From: Blepharisma stoltei ATCC 30299
Lineage: Eukaryota > Protista > Ciliophora
Direction of reading: 5' to 3'
Assembly (NCBI GenBank): GCA_965603825.1
Contig: CBFDEM010000054.1
Span: 496,001 to 560,000, forward strand
Length of the DNA stretch: 64,000 nucleotides
Shown here: positions 1-12,614 of the stretch, one piece after another
Layout of the letters: each line of letters opens with the position of its first letter
How positions within the stretch are numbered: the first letter of the stretch is position 1
Position numbers and translations under genes: made by a program
Notes under the pieces: model-generated
What the model was told of the DNA's origin: nothing
What the model saw: only the letters and a program-made list of their open reading frames with translations
The model's database searches: none

Positions 1-1638
1 AGTGAATCGATTGGCCAATTGCCACTCTTCTTCAAAGGATTCTAAAAATAATAGTCCGTTGTATGAATTGTTGGTTAAAAGCCTTTTTAGATATTTCACA
101 GGCTTCCTTAGTGCTTGGTTCAAAGCAATTTCGTCACGAATTAATAAGCATTTTTCTATATTTTGTCTATATGCTAAGTTAATAACAATTTTGGACAGTA
201 ATTGACAAGCCAATAGTCTTAAAGGTGGCTTAATTGCCATTAAGTTCAGAAGATAGTGGACTATTTCATGGTCATAGCTTAATTCTGAGTCTACAGTGTA
301 GTTATTTTCATCAGTAGTTTCATTTTGCAGATTAATTAATTGTTGAGAAAGGAGCCCTGATGCCTTTAAAATGGTTTTATTAATAAGATCATTCCACATG
401 ACTGAATCAAGTAGCAACAAAATAAGTGTAATCAATGTATCATCTCTGGACTGTAGGTAGGATATTATTATTTGCCTTATCGTGTTATGCTTAAAATTTA
501 CAGGCTCTGTAATATTTTTCAAACAATCAATTGTCAACTCTCCTAGCTTTAAAGTGTCAAAATCTCTTTTTTCTCGTTTAATTATGATAAGAGGATGTGG
601 GTATAAAACTAAACTCAGCAGCTCGTCACGCACTTCTTTCAAAAAAATTGTTGAAATTAGAGTATTTAATAACTGAGGGTATTTTATCATTTGCAGAGTT
701 TGGATCAACAAGTAAGTAGACAAAGATATTGACAGGTGATAAGGCTGCCTTTCAAAAGAAGCCAGCCCTCCAACTACAATTGGCAACAGCACAACCCTCA
801 GCATGAGATCTGCAAGCTCTTCGCTGAATTCTTCAATCCCTAGCTCAAAAATATCGTTGACATAATACAAATTGTCTAAGTTATCAATCATGATCGAATC
901 CATCCTGCTTATATTAGTTATCTCGGATATTTCCTTATCCATTTGTATTCACTGTTCCCTTATTGATGAAACCAGGGAGGCAAAAAACCCAGAATCCAAA
1001 ACAAACCTTTTAATTCGTTCATCAGGGACTAATTAGTCCTTACCTTTAAAAATATTTAGAATAACTGTCCTTGCTCCAGTTCTTATCATTGGCTCTTCGT
1101 AATTTAAAAACATAAATGCATGTGAATAAAGCCTGAATTCTTTATTGATAACAAAGTCCCTTAGCAGAGCCAAATTCAGATTCACTGCTAAGCCTTTTAA
1201 AAGCGAAATATAATTTTCTACAAGTTCATCGTCTCCGAAATCAAATGGCCATGATATGATTTCTCCATAAAATTGGGTGCTCAATAAATATTCTTTACTT
1301 TCGTTTTCAGACAGATTGTGAGCCAGTATATTAGCAGTTTGGATTAGCTGTATTGCAATTTCCTTCACTGTGTAGTTTTTTAGGATAAAAGTGAATAGGC
1401 TTTGGATGTCATTGGACATGAAATAGCTGTATTAAAGGTACTCGAAGAAATTTTGGTTATTTTGTTCGCTTCAGACGAGGATCTCGGCCATTTGTTTTAA
1501 ATTTTCGATAATTTTGCATTTGCTTTTGTGTGAGTGGTCTTTTATTGACTGTAGTTCTCTGTGGAGTTTCCTGGGTAATACTTACTGGAAGTGTTCAAGA
1601 GAAAATTTTTGTTTTCCTCCTATTAGCTTCGATATCAT
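1..1638 (-). CDS. CLEC16A/TT9-like FPL-domain protein (3' end beyond window)
   Basis: ATG 1638; 15-nt introns 1571-1585, 1427-1441, 1029-1043. Spliced N-terminus MISKLIGGKQKFSLEHFQKL...AEILV(TGA=W)SEQNNQNFFDYFM, then FDFGDDELVENYISLLKGL and EPMIRTGARTVILNIF, typical of the FPL domain. Confidence 0.85.
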
Positions 1639-1807
1639 TTTGAACAAATATTTATATAGAAAAATTTTCAGAAAAGAGCTTGCCTAAGACAAATAAATTA
1701 AAACTTATCCTATATTTTGAAGACATCCACTTGCATCACATCATTTGTATAACTTTTTAATTTAACTTTTAGATACAGCTCTTGCTTATTTAATTAATAT
1801 ATACTTG

Positions 1808-3043
1808 ATGGATAAATGGAATGTTAGAGCATCAGCCTGGAATCAGCTAAGCTATGAGATAGCAAACCACAATGATATCTATATATATGGGTTGTCATGC
1901 AATGGGAAGACAACTCTTGCTAGAGATTGTCTTTCTGCCAATCACATTCCATACTCTTACATCAGCTGTAAAGAAGCCTGCACTTTCCCAGAACTTTTGG
2001 AAAATATAATTGATGAATATATCAAAGGGTTTCTCATGATCGATTTAACACGGTCTGGAAATCCATTGAAAATCGCTATGGAGATGCAAAATGCCTCAAA
2101 TAAGGACTCTATTTATTATGTAATTTTAGATAAAATTGATAGCATTGTGAAATGCAGCATCCTGGCGATTCACAAACTTGTAGAGCTTCGAGATCTTGCT
2201 TGTTGCAACTTAAAGCTTATTTTGATCTCTGAAATATATGAAGACTCTTTATTTATCCATCCAGATTCAATCGATCGCTCCCTTCACCCATCTATGATAT
2301 TTTTGCAAGACTATAACGAAAATCAGTTAAAAATAATTCTGAGGAAGGAATTCAGCTATGGGACTGATAATGATTTTGCAGAGTTTATATCAATTATTTA
2401 TCACTTACTATTTCCGTTTTCCAGTAAAATCTTTTTGTTGCGACATGCATGCATTAAATATTATTCAAGTTATTTAGATAAATCCAACGAGTATGGAAAT
2501 GCGCAGAATAAACATGATAAACTCTTCACATTTATCCAGAGAGAAATTGGGGACGTTGAGGAATTTTTATTTGAGAAAAAGGTATCATATAGAGACTTCC
2601 AATATGGGTTGACTAATGAAGCCAAACTTTTATTGATTTCTGGGTATATATGCTCACACAATCCAGAAAAATATGATAAATATGTAATTAAAGCAGTCAG
2701 AAAAAATGTGAAGAAAAAAAACACTAAAGACATTGAAAATTTTACTTTAAAACAGCCTGAAATTTTTCCATTGGAAAGGCTTTTATCTGTTTACTCAGTT
2801 TTGTACCACGTTATTTTATCGTCAAAAACAAAACAAATTATTCAAGTGAACGCCGAAACTCCAAGCTTCTGTTCGCTTGTGAATATTTTAATTCAAAAAC
2901 ATTTTTTCCAGAGAGTTCAAAGGAATGATCCAATTGGAAGTGAGAGGTTTATTTGTAATGCCGATTTAGAGTTTATTAAGGAACTATCTAAATCAATGAG
3001 GATCAAGCTTCATGAGTATGTGCTTGGTCTAAGTCAAAATTAA
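1808..3043 (+). CDS. ORC5: Origin recognition complex subunit 5 (AAA+)
   Basis: Walker A IYIYGLSCNGKT, Walker B-like VILDKID, ORC5 C-terminal motifs LLISGYICSHNPEKYD and FPLERLLSVY. Confidence 0.88.
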   Translation: MDKWNVRASAWNQLSYEIANHNDIYIYGLSCNGKTTLARDCLSANHIPYSYISCKEACTFPELLENIIDEYIKGFLMIDLTRSGNPLKIAMEMQNASNKDSIYYVILDKIDSIVKCSILAIHKLVELRDLACCNLKLILISEIYEDSLFIHPDSIDRSLHPSMIFLQDYNENQLKIILRKEFSYGTDNDFAEFISIIYHLLFPFSSKIFLLRHACIKYYSSYLDKSNEYGNAQNKHDKLFTFIQREIGDVEEFLFEKKVSYRDFQYGLTNEAKLLLISGYICSHNPEKYDKYVIKAVRKNVKKKNTKDIENFTLKQPEIFPLERLLSVYSVLYHVILSSKTKQIIQVNAETPSFCSLVNILIQKHFFQRVQRNDPIGSERFICNADLEFIKELSKSMRIKLHEYVLGLSQN

Positions 3044-4666
3044 TTAATTAACATAGAAGATTTCAAATTTTGTTCTAATTTCTCAAGGCTACCTAAGGCA
3101 ATATTTAATACTTCTTTACTCTCAGATCTGCTTTGTAGTGCCGATTTTGTGTCTTTTACAACTTCTTTAATCCTTTTTTCTTTTTCTTCATAGAAATCCC
3201 TCAATAGGCTCATTTTTCATTTAATTTGTTTTACTTCCGCATTTAATTTCCTTCCTTCATGTCTTGCATTGCACCGATCTTCGTCAATTTCTTTTATTTT
3301 ATTAAGTAATTCGTTGTAATCTTCTTTTAGCTGATTTATTTTTTCTTCATATAGTTTTTTCTGCTCATTTCTTCAATTTCCTTCAGATGAAGTATCTTGG
3401 ATTTTTGATAAATCAGCGATATTTAGCTTCAAATCATCTCTCGAAAATATTTGTGTGGATACTTCACTTTCAAAGCTTGAGTCAAATTTTTTTCTTGGAG
3501 TAATATTTGGGGTATATGAAGTGGCTAAAGTGCAGAAGTTTGGAGAAAGTGGAGGTATAAGGGACAGCCGAGGCTTTTCAGGGGAAATTTCACTTTTGGA
3601 AAAATCATCGATTTCGAGTAAAAATCCAGGATCAGCTAGTTTCTGCTTTAGTTCTTGGATTTCGGTGTCTTTCACAGATAGCTGACTTTCATATCAAACT
3701 TCTTTTTCTTTGCATTTTGTGACATCTTCTTCTAAGGTAGAAATTTGTTTTCTGAGTATAGAAAGCTCATCTCTAGTTTTTGAAGCAAATTCCAGCATTT
3801 TTCGAGATGTCTCAATTCTTTGCTTAGTGTCTTGGCTTTTCGCATCCTTTCTCAGGACTTCAAGATCGCTTTTAAAAATGTCAAATTTTGCTTCAGCTTC
3901 ATTTCTTTCAGACGTTAATCTTTGTATCTAAATAAATTTTCACCTTATATTTGAAAGCCTTTGCTGAGCTTTCTAGCCTTTCTGTCAACTTTTGGTGAAA
4001 CTCTACTTTCAACCTTTCTCTGAATAGCAATTACTCCTTAATCTTGGCTTCGTTTTTAATTTTTTCAATATAATTATTCTGTACAAATTTTTCGTGTTCG
4101 TATATTTCCTGGATTTCTTTAATTCTCTCCCTTGTCTCTTCTTGCAGCCTAATAATATCATTCCTGTTTTGCTCCTTAAGGTTATCTATCTCTTTGACAT
4201 ATTGTTGGTTTTCCTGCATTAGCTTTCGTATAGTATTTTCCCTTGTATTTAATAATTCCTCAGAAATATATTTAAAATTTTCATTTTGTGTAAAATTATT
4301 TTGATTTTGATGTAATTGCTGCTTTAGTTCAAGGATCATTTCTTCATATTCAAGCTTTTGTAATTTTAATTGATACTCTAAATCTTTATTTTTTTCGTTA
4401 GTTACTCTTAACGCTTCAATAAGCTGCTTTATTTTGCAAGAATGGTCTAGCTTTAAAGCATTATGCTGCTCAACAAAAATTTTTTGAAATTTCCTGAGTT
4501 CTTCAACTGACATTGTCTGTATTAAAGATACCAAGAGGTTATCTGCTGTTTCTGCAGTTATTGATTTTAATAAAGTATCATACATATGTTTGGCTGTTTC
4601 TTCTCTTATTTTTGAAGCTTCCAATTCATCTCGTAAAAATTCAATTTGCTGAGAATAGTCTTCCAT
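3040..4666 (-). CDS. Coiled-coil protein of unknown function
   Basis: Continuous frame after removing introns 4020-4034 (15 nt) and 3928-3943 (16 nt) and reading TGA as Trp; E/K/Q/L-rich; TAA at 3040-3042. Confidence 0.75.
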
Positions 4667-4716
4667 TATATCTTAATTATTACGAACAATTACATTCTGC
4701 TAGGTATTTAATAATT

Positions 4717-7237
4717 ATGGATCTTTACCAAAAAATCGATCAAAAAACCCAGGAGATTGAAGAGAAAAAAAAGCTTGTCAGAAATTTGGAAAGAGCTACA
4801 GCTAGACTTCAGGATGAAATTATGATGCTTAATGAAAAAATCGAGCAAACTGAAGATAGACTGGAGCATCATGGTCACGAATTGGTATATCGCCGCCAGC
4901 GTCTGAAAGAGCTCTCTGAAGTGTCAAATCCGCAAGATGAAGAGCAAGCAGTGCAAAAACAGGTAAGTGCTGAGGAGGCACAAAGTTTCTTAAGGAACAT
5001 TGAGAAAGATATAAAGCAAAAAATTTTAAATTTAATCAGCAGAAGGGAGATATTAGACAATGACCCACAAGAGCTGTTTTTCTTTGAAGGCCAAAAGTTT
5101 GAAATTAAGCCAAATACGATTATCCATACTGTTAAAGTCAAATATATTTCGTTGCTTCTTCCACAAGAAGAAGATAGAGGAATGAAAACGGTCCCGAAAG
5201 AAGCAACTTTTAGAATTACAAGATTTACTACACTAAAAGATCTAAGAGCTACTGCCTGTGAATACTGAGTAATTACTATATAGAATCTTGCGCCTGATAA
5301 CTGCAGTTTAAGGCTTCAAAATTTTACTACTGTAGAAAAAATTTTGGATCAGCCTATTGACTCTTATTTCATGAAAAATACAGTCTTTCCTGAGCTATGA
5401 CTGACTGAAAATGACCCCAGGATATCAAAATACACGAATAAGCCAGAACAGTACAGTAAATACTAATATAGTTGATGATCCTACAGTGGCAATCAAAGAA
5501 GATAATAAATCTGCTGAAGTCAGTCAAATACAGAAAGCCAAGCAAGAAAAAGAAAAAGCCTTAAATATCCTTGATAATTACAGAGGACTTAAATACTATT
5601 TACCCCCTAGAATTGAAGGCATTGAAGAAGTTGAGGAAAAAAGGCTCCATGGTAGAGATACATCTTGCTGCACTGCTCTATTTTTAGTTTTATTGCTGGC
5701 TTTAACTATTTATATTATTGGCCAAAGAAGAGATGTCACTAAGGAATACTGACTCCAAAGCGGAATTTCAAGATTTGCTATGCAAGAAGACTCTAATGGA
5801 CAAACCTTCTATGATGTCTCCTCAAAACCAGAAATGACAACCTGAATAGTTGAAATCGTGGGTGGGACCCTTTTTTCTTCTTCAACAGCAGATCAGAATT
5901 ATCAAAAATTAATGCATAGAATGCAGCTGGTGGGGCAGTTAGCAATTAGACAAGTCAGAACGCGAGAAATGTCATGCCCGCGGAGTGACTTAGACACAAG
6001 AAATTATACATGCTATCACAGAACATACAGCTCAAGCACAAGGCAAGAAGATACAATAGCAGGAGGCAGTGAAACCTGGAGAACTTTTGAAACAGCCAGC
6101 ACTAATGGGATCGATTCTACTTGAACCGGATATTTAAGCAGTTATGATGGGTCAGGGTACGTGCAGTATTATGATCAATCTGAATATACTTATGAGAAGT
6201 TCTCTGAAGATTATAATTATGGGGTTAGCACAGGATGACTTTCAAAATCAACTAGAGCTATTTTTATTAGCGGAAATATCTATCATCCTTCATCGAACTA
6301 TTGAATTTATTTTAATGCTATTTATGAATGCTCGGTAGACGGGCTTGTATATCCAAGTATAATAGAAACCGTTGCTTTTACTCCAAATATTTTCACACGA
6401 AGCAAAGGAGCGACAACTGCTGATATCTTTAGAATCATTTTTTCACTTTACATCCTTTATGTCTATGTCATGACCATTTTGGAAATCAAGGATGGAAAGA
6501 AAAACATCCAGCACGCGCTTTCTTTCCAAGGGATTCTAGATCTTCTTTTAATTATTTTCATTATTGTTACGGTTGGATTAACTGCTAAGGTTGATGAAGA
6601 CGAGAAAAAAATTTACCAAGATACAAAGTACACCGACCTAAGAAGCACTGCTGAATGATACCGATTCTACCACAATTTAAATGCCTGCACCTTGACTTTG
6701 GTTTTGATTCGAATCATTGTGTTTTTGCAAGTAAATAAAAGGATCTTCATCCTTATGTCAACAATTAAAAACGCCTCACAAAATCAGATTGCATTTATGG
6801 TCATCTTAATCTCAGTCCTGTCATCCTTAGCTATCATTGCCCAAAGTATTTGGGGTCAGAATCTTTTTATGTTTAGATCGTTTCCTTATTCTTTTCTCAT
6901 GATTTTATTGCTAAATGTAGGCCATGGAGACTATAAAACGATGTTTGACTTAGACTTGGCCTGGAGTGTGATTTTCTTTTTGGTTTATTTCTTTGGGATT
7001 GTGTATTTCTTATTTGCAGCATTCATGGGAATTTATACCGATTCCTATAAAATGGTGAGACTGCTGGAAGGCTACGATGATGACCAGAATACTTGGAAGA
7101 AAAAAGACTTGATGTTGTGGTTTATCGACTGGATTCCTTCATTCGCTAAAAGACTTATAGTAGAATTAATATTTAAGGAAAGCAAAAAGAAGGTGAAAGA
7201 GGAGGAAGAAGAAGATGACGATGAAGAAATTGATTAA
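4717..7237 (+). CDS. Polycystin-2 (PKD2/TRPP)-like cation channel with N-terminal coiled coil
   Basis: ATG 4717; introns 5269-5283 and 5456-5471; TOP-domain motifs LVGQLAIRQVR and (W)TGYLSSYDGSGY; TM segments, pore-like LLLNVGHGDY, S6 LFAAFMGIYTDSY; several TGA=W. Confidence 0.85.
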
Positions 7238-7313
7238 AATGAGAAAAATTAAATAAATATAATTAAGAAAATGAAAAAAATGCTTGGATGAATTAACATT
7301 AATAAATTTCAAT

Positions 7314-8561
7314 ATGGAGAGAAGTAAAGATCAAATTATCGAGGATCTCAACAAGCATGGACTCACTAAGAAAAACAAACCTCTAATTACTAATTTAATG
7401 CTCAATGGCCCTCCTCACAAAGACCGAAAGCTCGTAGTTTTAATTTAGATTTGATTAGAAACATCAGGAGCCAGACTTCAAATGAAAACCAATCCAAATT
7501 ATTATTCTGCTATTGTAGAGGACAAGCTGAAAATTAAAACTGAATTCTCGCAGCAAATTGATAGGGATCTTCACCGAACTTTTCCAGCTGAAAGCTACTT
7601 TGTTGAGGAAAAACATTTAACTTCACTTAGAAAAATTTTAGTAGCTTACTCATGAAGAAATCCTACAGTAGGCTACTGCCAAGGATTGAATTTTCTTGTT
7701 GGAAGACTCTTAACAGTTGGCTTCTCAGAAGAAGTAATTTATATTCAGGAATGTTTTTGGCTGTTAGCCCAAATAATTGAGGCTTATTTACCAAATGATT
7801 ACTTCTCGGTAATGACTGGCGTTATAATCGACCAGCAAGTTTTCCAAGTTTTACTAAAAAATAAGCTTCCAAAGATGGCAAAACATTTATCAAGCATCGG
7901 CATTGACGCCTCGCTCTATACAGTCCACTGACTCGTTTGCATGTTTGCCTATACCTTCCCGAAAAATGTAGTCATGCGGATTTGGGACATTTTCTTTATA
8001 GAAGGCTCAGTTTTCCTATTCAAAATAGGGCTGAGTTTAATGTGAATATTCAGAAAAGAAATTACAAAAATCACTGACTTTAATGAAGCCTTTAGATTTT
8101 TGGAGTTCCAGTCACAAAATATCGCTGACCCTGACATAATTTTGGGTTTGGCAATAAGTATGAAGAGCATTAACTCCAAAACTATCGATAAATTAAGAGA
8201 AAAATTAAGAATTCAGAGCCAAGATGAGACAACTTGTAATGATAGTGTTTCTACTGAGGATTCTGCAAAATCATATACTGAAATTTGCACAGACGAGTCG
8301 GAATGTGAGCTTAAATCAAAACAAGAATGCTCCTATTTTACATTTCGCTCTACAAGTGGTGTTTCTATTATTGATGAATATATAAATGACAGCAATGTTC
8401 CAAAGGTGGTGGATTTAGCAAATACGATAGATAATGATAAAAACTTGGTGATTGGATGCAAAAATCATGCATGTCCAATCAAGCAAAGCTCTTCAGTCAT
8501 TCGTGGAGATATTGAAGAAGCTTATAATGGATTAAGAAATGATCAAAATGAAATCAGCTAA
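7314..8561 (+). CDS. TBC-domain Rab GTPase-activating protein
   Basis: RKLI(W)LETSGA, IDRDLHRTFP (R finger), YS(W)RNPTVGYCQGLNF (Q finger), EEECFWLL, RIWDIFF; introns 7434-7448 and 7734-7748; start codon tentative. Confidence 0.88.
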
Positions 8562-9052
8562 AGCTGCAATTGAAAAATAAATTTTTAATTTATAAAAGTA
8601 AATTATGAGCAATATTTTTGTTTATCATTTTTAATTGCATAAAATTTCTCATAAGTTGATTATGTAAATTCATAAATGCCAAAGAGGATTTCATCTTTAA
8701 ATTTTAGAACCATTTATATGAATTCGAGACTAAAGATAAAAACGGATTTAATTAGTAGGTCTTAAATTATTTTAATAGGATAAAAGATAAAGAAATATGT
8801 CAAACTTCTAAAGAAGCTTAATTTTTTAATTTATTATAAAAATTAATTTTTATATATCAGATGCACTAAAAGTCAAAGTAGAAACTAAAATGTTTGTTTC
8901 CTTTCAAAGCATAATTTTTGACTATAATCGAATACAAAGCCTATTTACTTCGATATTCACAATTTTTAAATAAAATAGAAATATTAATATAGTAAAATTT
9001 CTTTCAACACACTATAAATTTCAATAATTAGATTAAAATTTGTTATATTTGA

Positions 9053-9095
9053 GTAAAAATATTTAAAAATACCGTAAAAATATTTAAAAATTACC
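9053..9095. repeat. Short tandem duplication (2 x ~21 bp) downstream of the FYVE gene
   Basis: gtaaaaatatttaaaaatacc followed by gtaaaaatatttaaaaattacc. Confidence 0.6.
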
Positions 9096-9101
9096 GTTAA
9101 A

Positions 9102-9854
9102 TTATTGAATAGTGCAGCAAGCTCCACTTTTCTGACTTGCTTGCAGAGCAGAAATGCTTTCCAATTTCTTTTTAAGCTCTGTGTTTTCTATTTTTAGTTC
9201 ATTTAGTTTTCTTTCAAGCTCGCTAAACTTTTCATCTTTTATCTCTTTTTCAGCCTTATGCTGATTGCTATTTAATTCTTTATTCGCTTTTTCAGCCCTC
9301 TTTTTCTCTTCTTCCAACTCAATTTTTAGTTTTATGAGTTCTTGGTCTTTTAAGTCTATATCTTCCTCTAGTTGAGCGCATCTTACTTCTGCAAGTTTTT
9401 TCTTAGCAATCTCCATATTTTTGTCCTGAATCTCCGACTCAAGACGAATTTTGAATTCTTCATTCCCAGAATTTTTAAATTTCTCTTCGATGAAAGAATA
9501 GAAGCAATTCATGCAAACCCTCTCTGGTCTGAATGTTTCGGGGTGCAAAAGAGTCAAAGGAGAGCAGCTACCGCATACCGCATTATAGCAAAATTTGCAA
9601 GAAAACCTTTTAGCACGAACTACGCCATGTTTAGCTACTTGAATTTCACAAACGATGCAATATTTTTGATTTTTGTAAGCATTTCTGTCTATTCCCGGCT
9701 TTATTGCTGGAGAAATTGATAATTGTGAGCGATCTGTGACTGAAGTGGTTCTGCTGCCAACATAGCTATCTGGGTTTGATCAAACACTTTCTTCTCTGTC
9801 TCTTTGGTCATTTTCACTAGAATTCTCACTGCTTGATTTCCTGTCTGAGTCCAT
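9102..9854 (-). CDS. FYVE-like zinc finger + coiled-coil protein with C-terminal CaaX
   Basis: ATG 9854, one TGA=W; CIVC...KRFSCKFCYNAVCGSCS...ERVCMNC; ends ACCTIQ*. Confidence 0.8.
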
Positions 9855-10156
9855 ATTAAGCTCTGATATATATTCCTAATAAAATCTAAAAACTTATAAA
9901 TAAAGCCCAAAAAATCAAAAAATTATTTTCAAGGGCTCAGTCATTCTTCAGTGGGTTTTATTAACCCAATTATCAAGAATTCACATAAGATCCATTTCTG
10001 CCATCCACATTTCAGTCTTAGAGTTGAAGATCCAAAAATTCCAAATTTTGCATTTTTTAAATTATAATAAAATCCAATATTTTATTCAATAAATGTCTAT
10101 CAGGAAAAATATGTTTATTTAAGACTATATTTCATTATGTGTGTGTAACTTCTTTC

Positions 10157-10768
10157 CTAGTAGGTAATTTCGTCAGTCTTCTGAGGAGGTGCAGAAGGTA
10201 AATAAGAGGGAGCTTTCAATGCTCCAGCTGATATATCTTCTTGCAAAATGTCTTCATCAAGCTCTGCCAACTCTGCGTCAAGCTCAGTTTCATCAATTCC
10301 ATCAAGTGCATAATTCCTGCTCATGGCTTCATTGATTTCTTCAGTATCCATCATCAGATCTTGCATATCGTCCATCATGTTTTCTACTTGTTCGACGTTT
10401 AATTGCTTCATCTGTTTTTTCTGCACTTCATGTGCAGCTTTCATAGCACTAACAGCAACAATAGTATCCTGAACACCTTGACTAGTAAATTGCATTTGCT
10501 CTACATTGAACTGCTGAGATGTTAAATTTTGCAGCTGAGATTCATACATCCTTTTTCTCTTTAAAACTTGGACTGCTCTTTGCTTATTCATAGTCTGAGA
10601 CGCCCCTCTTGACTTTTTGATACCTTCTTTAAGGTCAGCCAAATCTTTATCACATTCTGATATCTTTTGTCTTAATATTTGGACTCGCCTTTCCATACTT
10701 TGGTTTGCTTCATCAAGTGTAGGAGCTGGAGGTCCTGGCTGCTTTTTCCCTCCGAAAATTCTTCTCAT
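10157..10768 (-). CDS. CHMP5: ESCRT-III subunit CHMP5/Vps60 (Snf7 family)
   Basis: MRRIFGGKK...PAPTL, KQRAVQVLKRKRMYESQ, QQFNVEQ, EINEAMSRNY, DETELDAEL. Confidence 0.93.
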   Translation of the reverse strand: MRRIFGGKKQPGPPAPTLDEANQSMERRVQILRQKISECDKDLADLKEGIKKSRGASQTMNKQRAVQVLKRKRMYESQLQNLTSQQFNVEQMQFTSQGVQDTIVAVSAMKAAHEVQKKQMKQLNVEQVENMMDDMQDLMMDTEEINEAMSRNYALDGIDETELDAELAELDEDILQEDISAGALKAPSYLPSAPPQKTDEITY

Positions 10769-10772
10769 ATTT

Positions 10773-12614
10773 TTATCAGAAAGTTAATACAAATCAGACA
10801 GAAAAATTTAAAATGATACACACAGAAAAACAAACAAACTTTTCTTCTAGTGAATTAATAAAAATCTGAGTCTGCATGAGCCCATTAAGGAAAAGATGAT
10901 CACCTTTCGGAGACGAGTCAATTATGTGCACCTGAAGGGCGTCGAAATTTTTGGTTAGATCTTCATGAATAAGCCCTAATATTTTCAGCCAATATGATTT
11001 AATAAACTTCGCTATTTCAAGGCAGGAATTCCGTTGCTCTGGAGTTGGAGTAAACTGCACTCTCTCCTGAGTGAAAACAGAAGCGAAATTCGATAGCTCT
11101 TTGCTTTGATAAAATTCATTTGGCTCATGCACTTCTTGAATAAGTAGTTTTGGACCTTGAATTCTTCTGATTTGGTTTGGCTCATCTAAAAGTACCCAAA
11201 TTACGTTTACCATGTTCCTTCTTGAAGCGGGAGCTGTCCCTGGAAGTCCCGCTAGTAATGGAACTGGGGCTTCTAATAGCTCTCTCAAAGAATCTGGAAT
11301 CAAAGGTATCAGCAAATGAGGTCACTTAAAAGGCCTCAACAAAGCTTGCAACCCCAAAACGCACGAAGTCAGTTGCCCCAAATTATAAGACACAAATACC
11401 ACTGACTTTTCCTGTATGAGCGCTGACAAAAGCCATAAAACTTCTTGAAGCTTCAAAGAAGTAAAGAGCGGAGTGCAAAGCCAAACAATATCAATTAAGC
11501 TTAAGTCCTGCGCACAGCAATAATTAATGCTATTTAGGCTCGGGATATCAATAACCAGCTTTAAATTGGGGTATACGCTTTCACAGTCTGAGTAGGTTTT
11601 CATTAAAGCAATTTGCTCTTCACTCATTTCCACTTGGCTTAGCTTGTGTGTGATCATATCGTTATCTGCGTTTTCCATGTTTTTTAGCCGTTTCAGCATG
11701 ACCAGATTCTTTAGGACTTCGAAATGAAGCTCAAATATAGGGATATAGCTCATTATGCATAGCACTTTGGGAACGATTCATAGAACGCTACTCAGTTCTT
11801 CGATTGCGACGTCTTCTATCTGCATGCAAATGCAGAAAATTACTTCTCGATTGGAGTTTGGCAAATCAGTATATTCGACTCAGCCATCTACATTTCCTTC
11901 AGATCTTAATGTAAAAATATAACAATTATTACCATTTGCTGAGTTTGTTTGACCGTAAATTAAGTTATTGAATTCACTTTCTGAGCCGCTGTGCCTAATA
12001 GGCCGCAATTCTATCCCAGTAGGAAAGCAAAAATCGGCTATAACCCTCCTTATTGGCAATCCTATTGTACTTCCTCCAAATTCATAAAGGATTTCTGGCT
12101 TTGCCATTGCATTTCCTAGCTGTGATTTAGAAGGTCCAACTATAAATAAAGCTTCAAACATAGAAGGCTCAATATTATCATAAGCAACACTTTGGTCAGG
12201 GTTCACCTGTGGTGTTTTCCCTGATATACTTTGAACCTTTTCAGTAGAAAAGTCAGGGCTGGATGGTCTGGTGTCCTCAATTCGATCTGAAAGCCCGCCT
12301 TGAGGTGAAAACAATGGGATCGAGTTGACAATTCTTGGCCACTTCGAGCATAGGGTTTTCGCAAAATCATCAAAATTTTCAGTGTTTTTATCATTAGTCG
12401 CCGTTTTTTGCAACTTTTGATTTGCCTCTTCTAGCTGTTTTTTTAATAGTAAATTGTCTTCTTGAATTTGTTTCATGGTATGAAATTCTTTGAGGTTTGC
12501 TTCCAGAGATTGTTGGTATGCTTCTTTCAGCTTATGGTATTCTTCTTTTAGCTGGACATATTGCCCATGTAAAGCGTTATATCTGAACTCTCAGTACATT
12601 TCATTGACGTCCAT
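10773..12614 (-). CDS. DENN-domain Rab GEF with N-terminal coiled coil
   Basis: ATG 12614; FEALFIVG, DFCFPTG, CIMSYIP, ALIQEKSVVFVS, LLRPFK(W)PHLLIPLIP, LLEAPVPLLAG; three track ORFs join through TGA=W; exact stop uncertain (TGA 10794-10796 vs TAA 10773-10775). Confidence 0.85.

Noticed and set aside
4513-4716. Track-predicted N-terminal extensions from TTG/GTG starts (also 19783, 60712)
   Set aside because: They overlap divergent genes or spacers; downstream ATGs in A-rich context fit better.
9855-10156. Possible snRNA/snoRNA (small hairpin tgggttttattaaccca, Sm-like AATTTTTG)
   Set aside because: Such motifs are expected by chance in AT-rich DNA and no complete structure could be built; an Rfam scan would decide.
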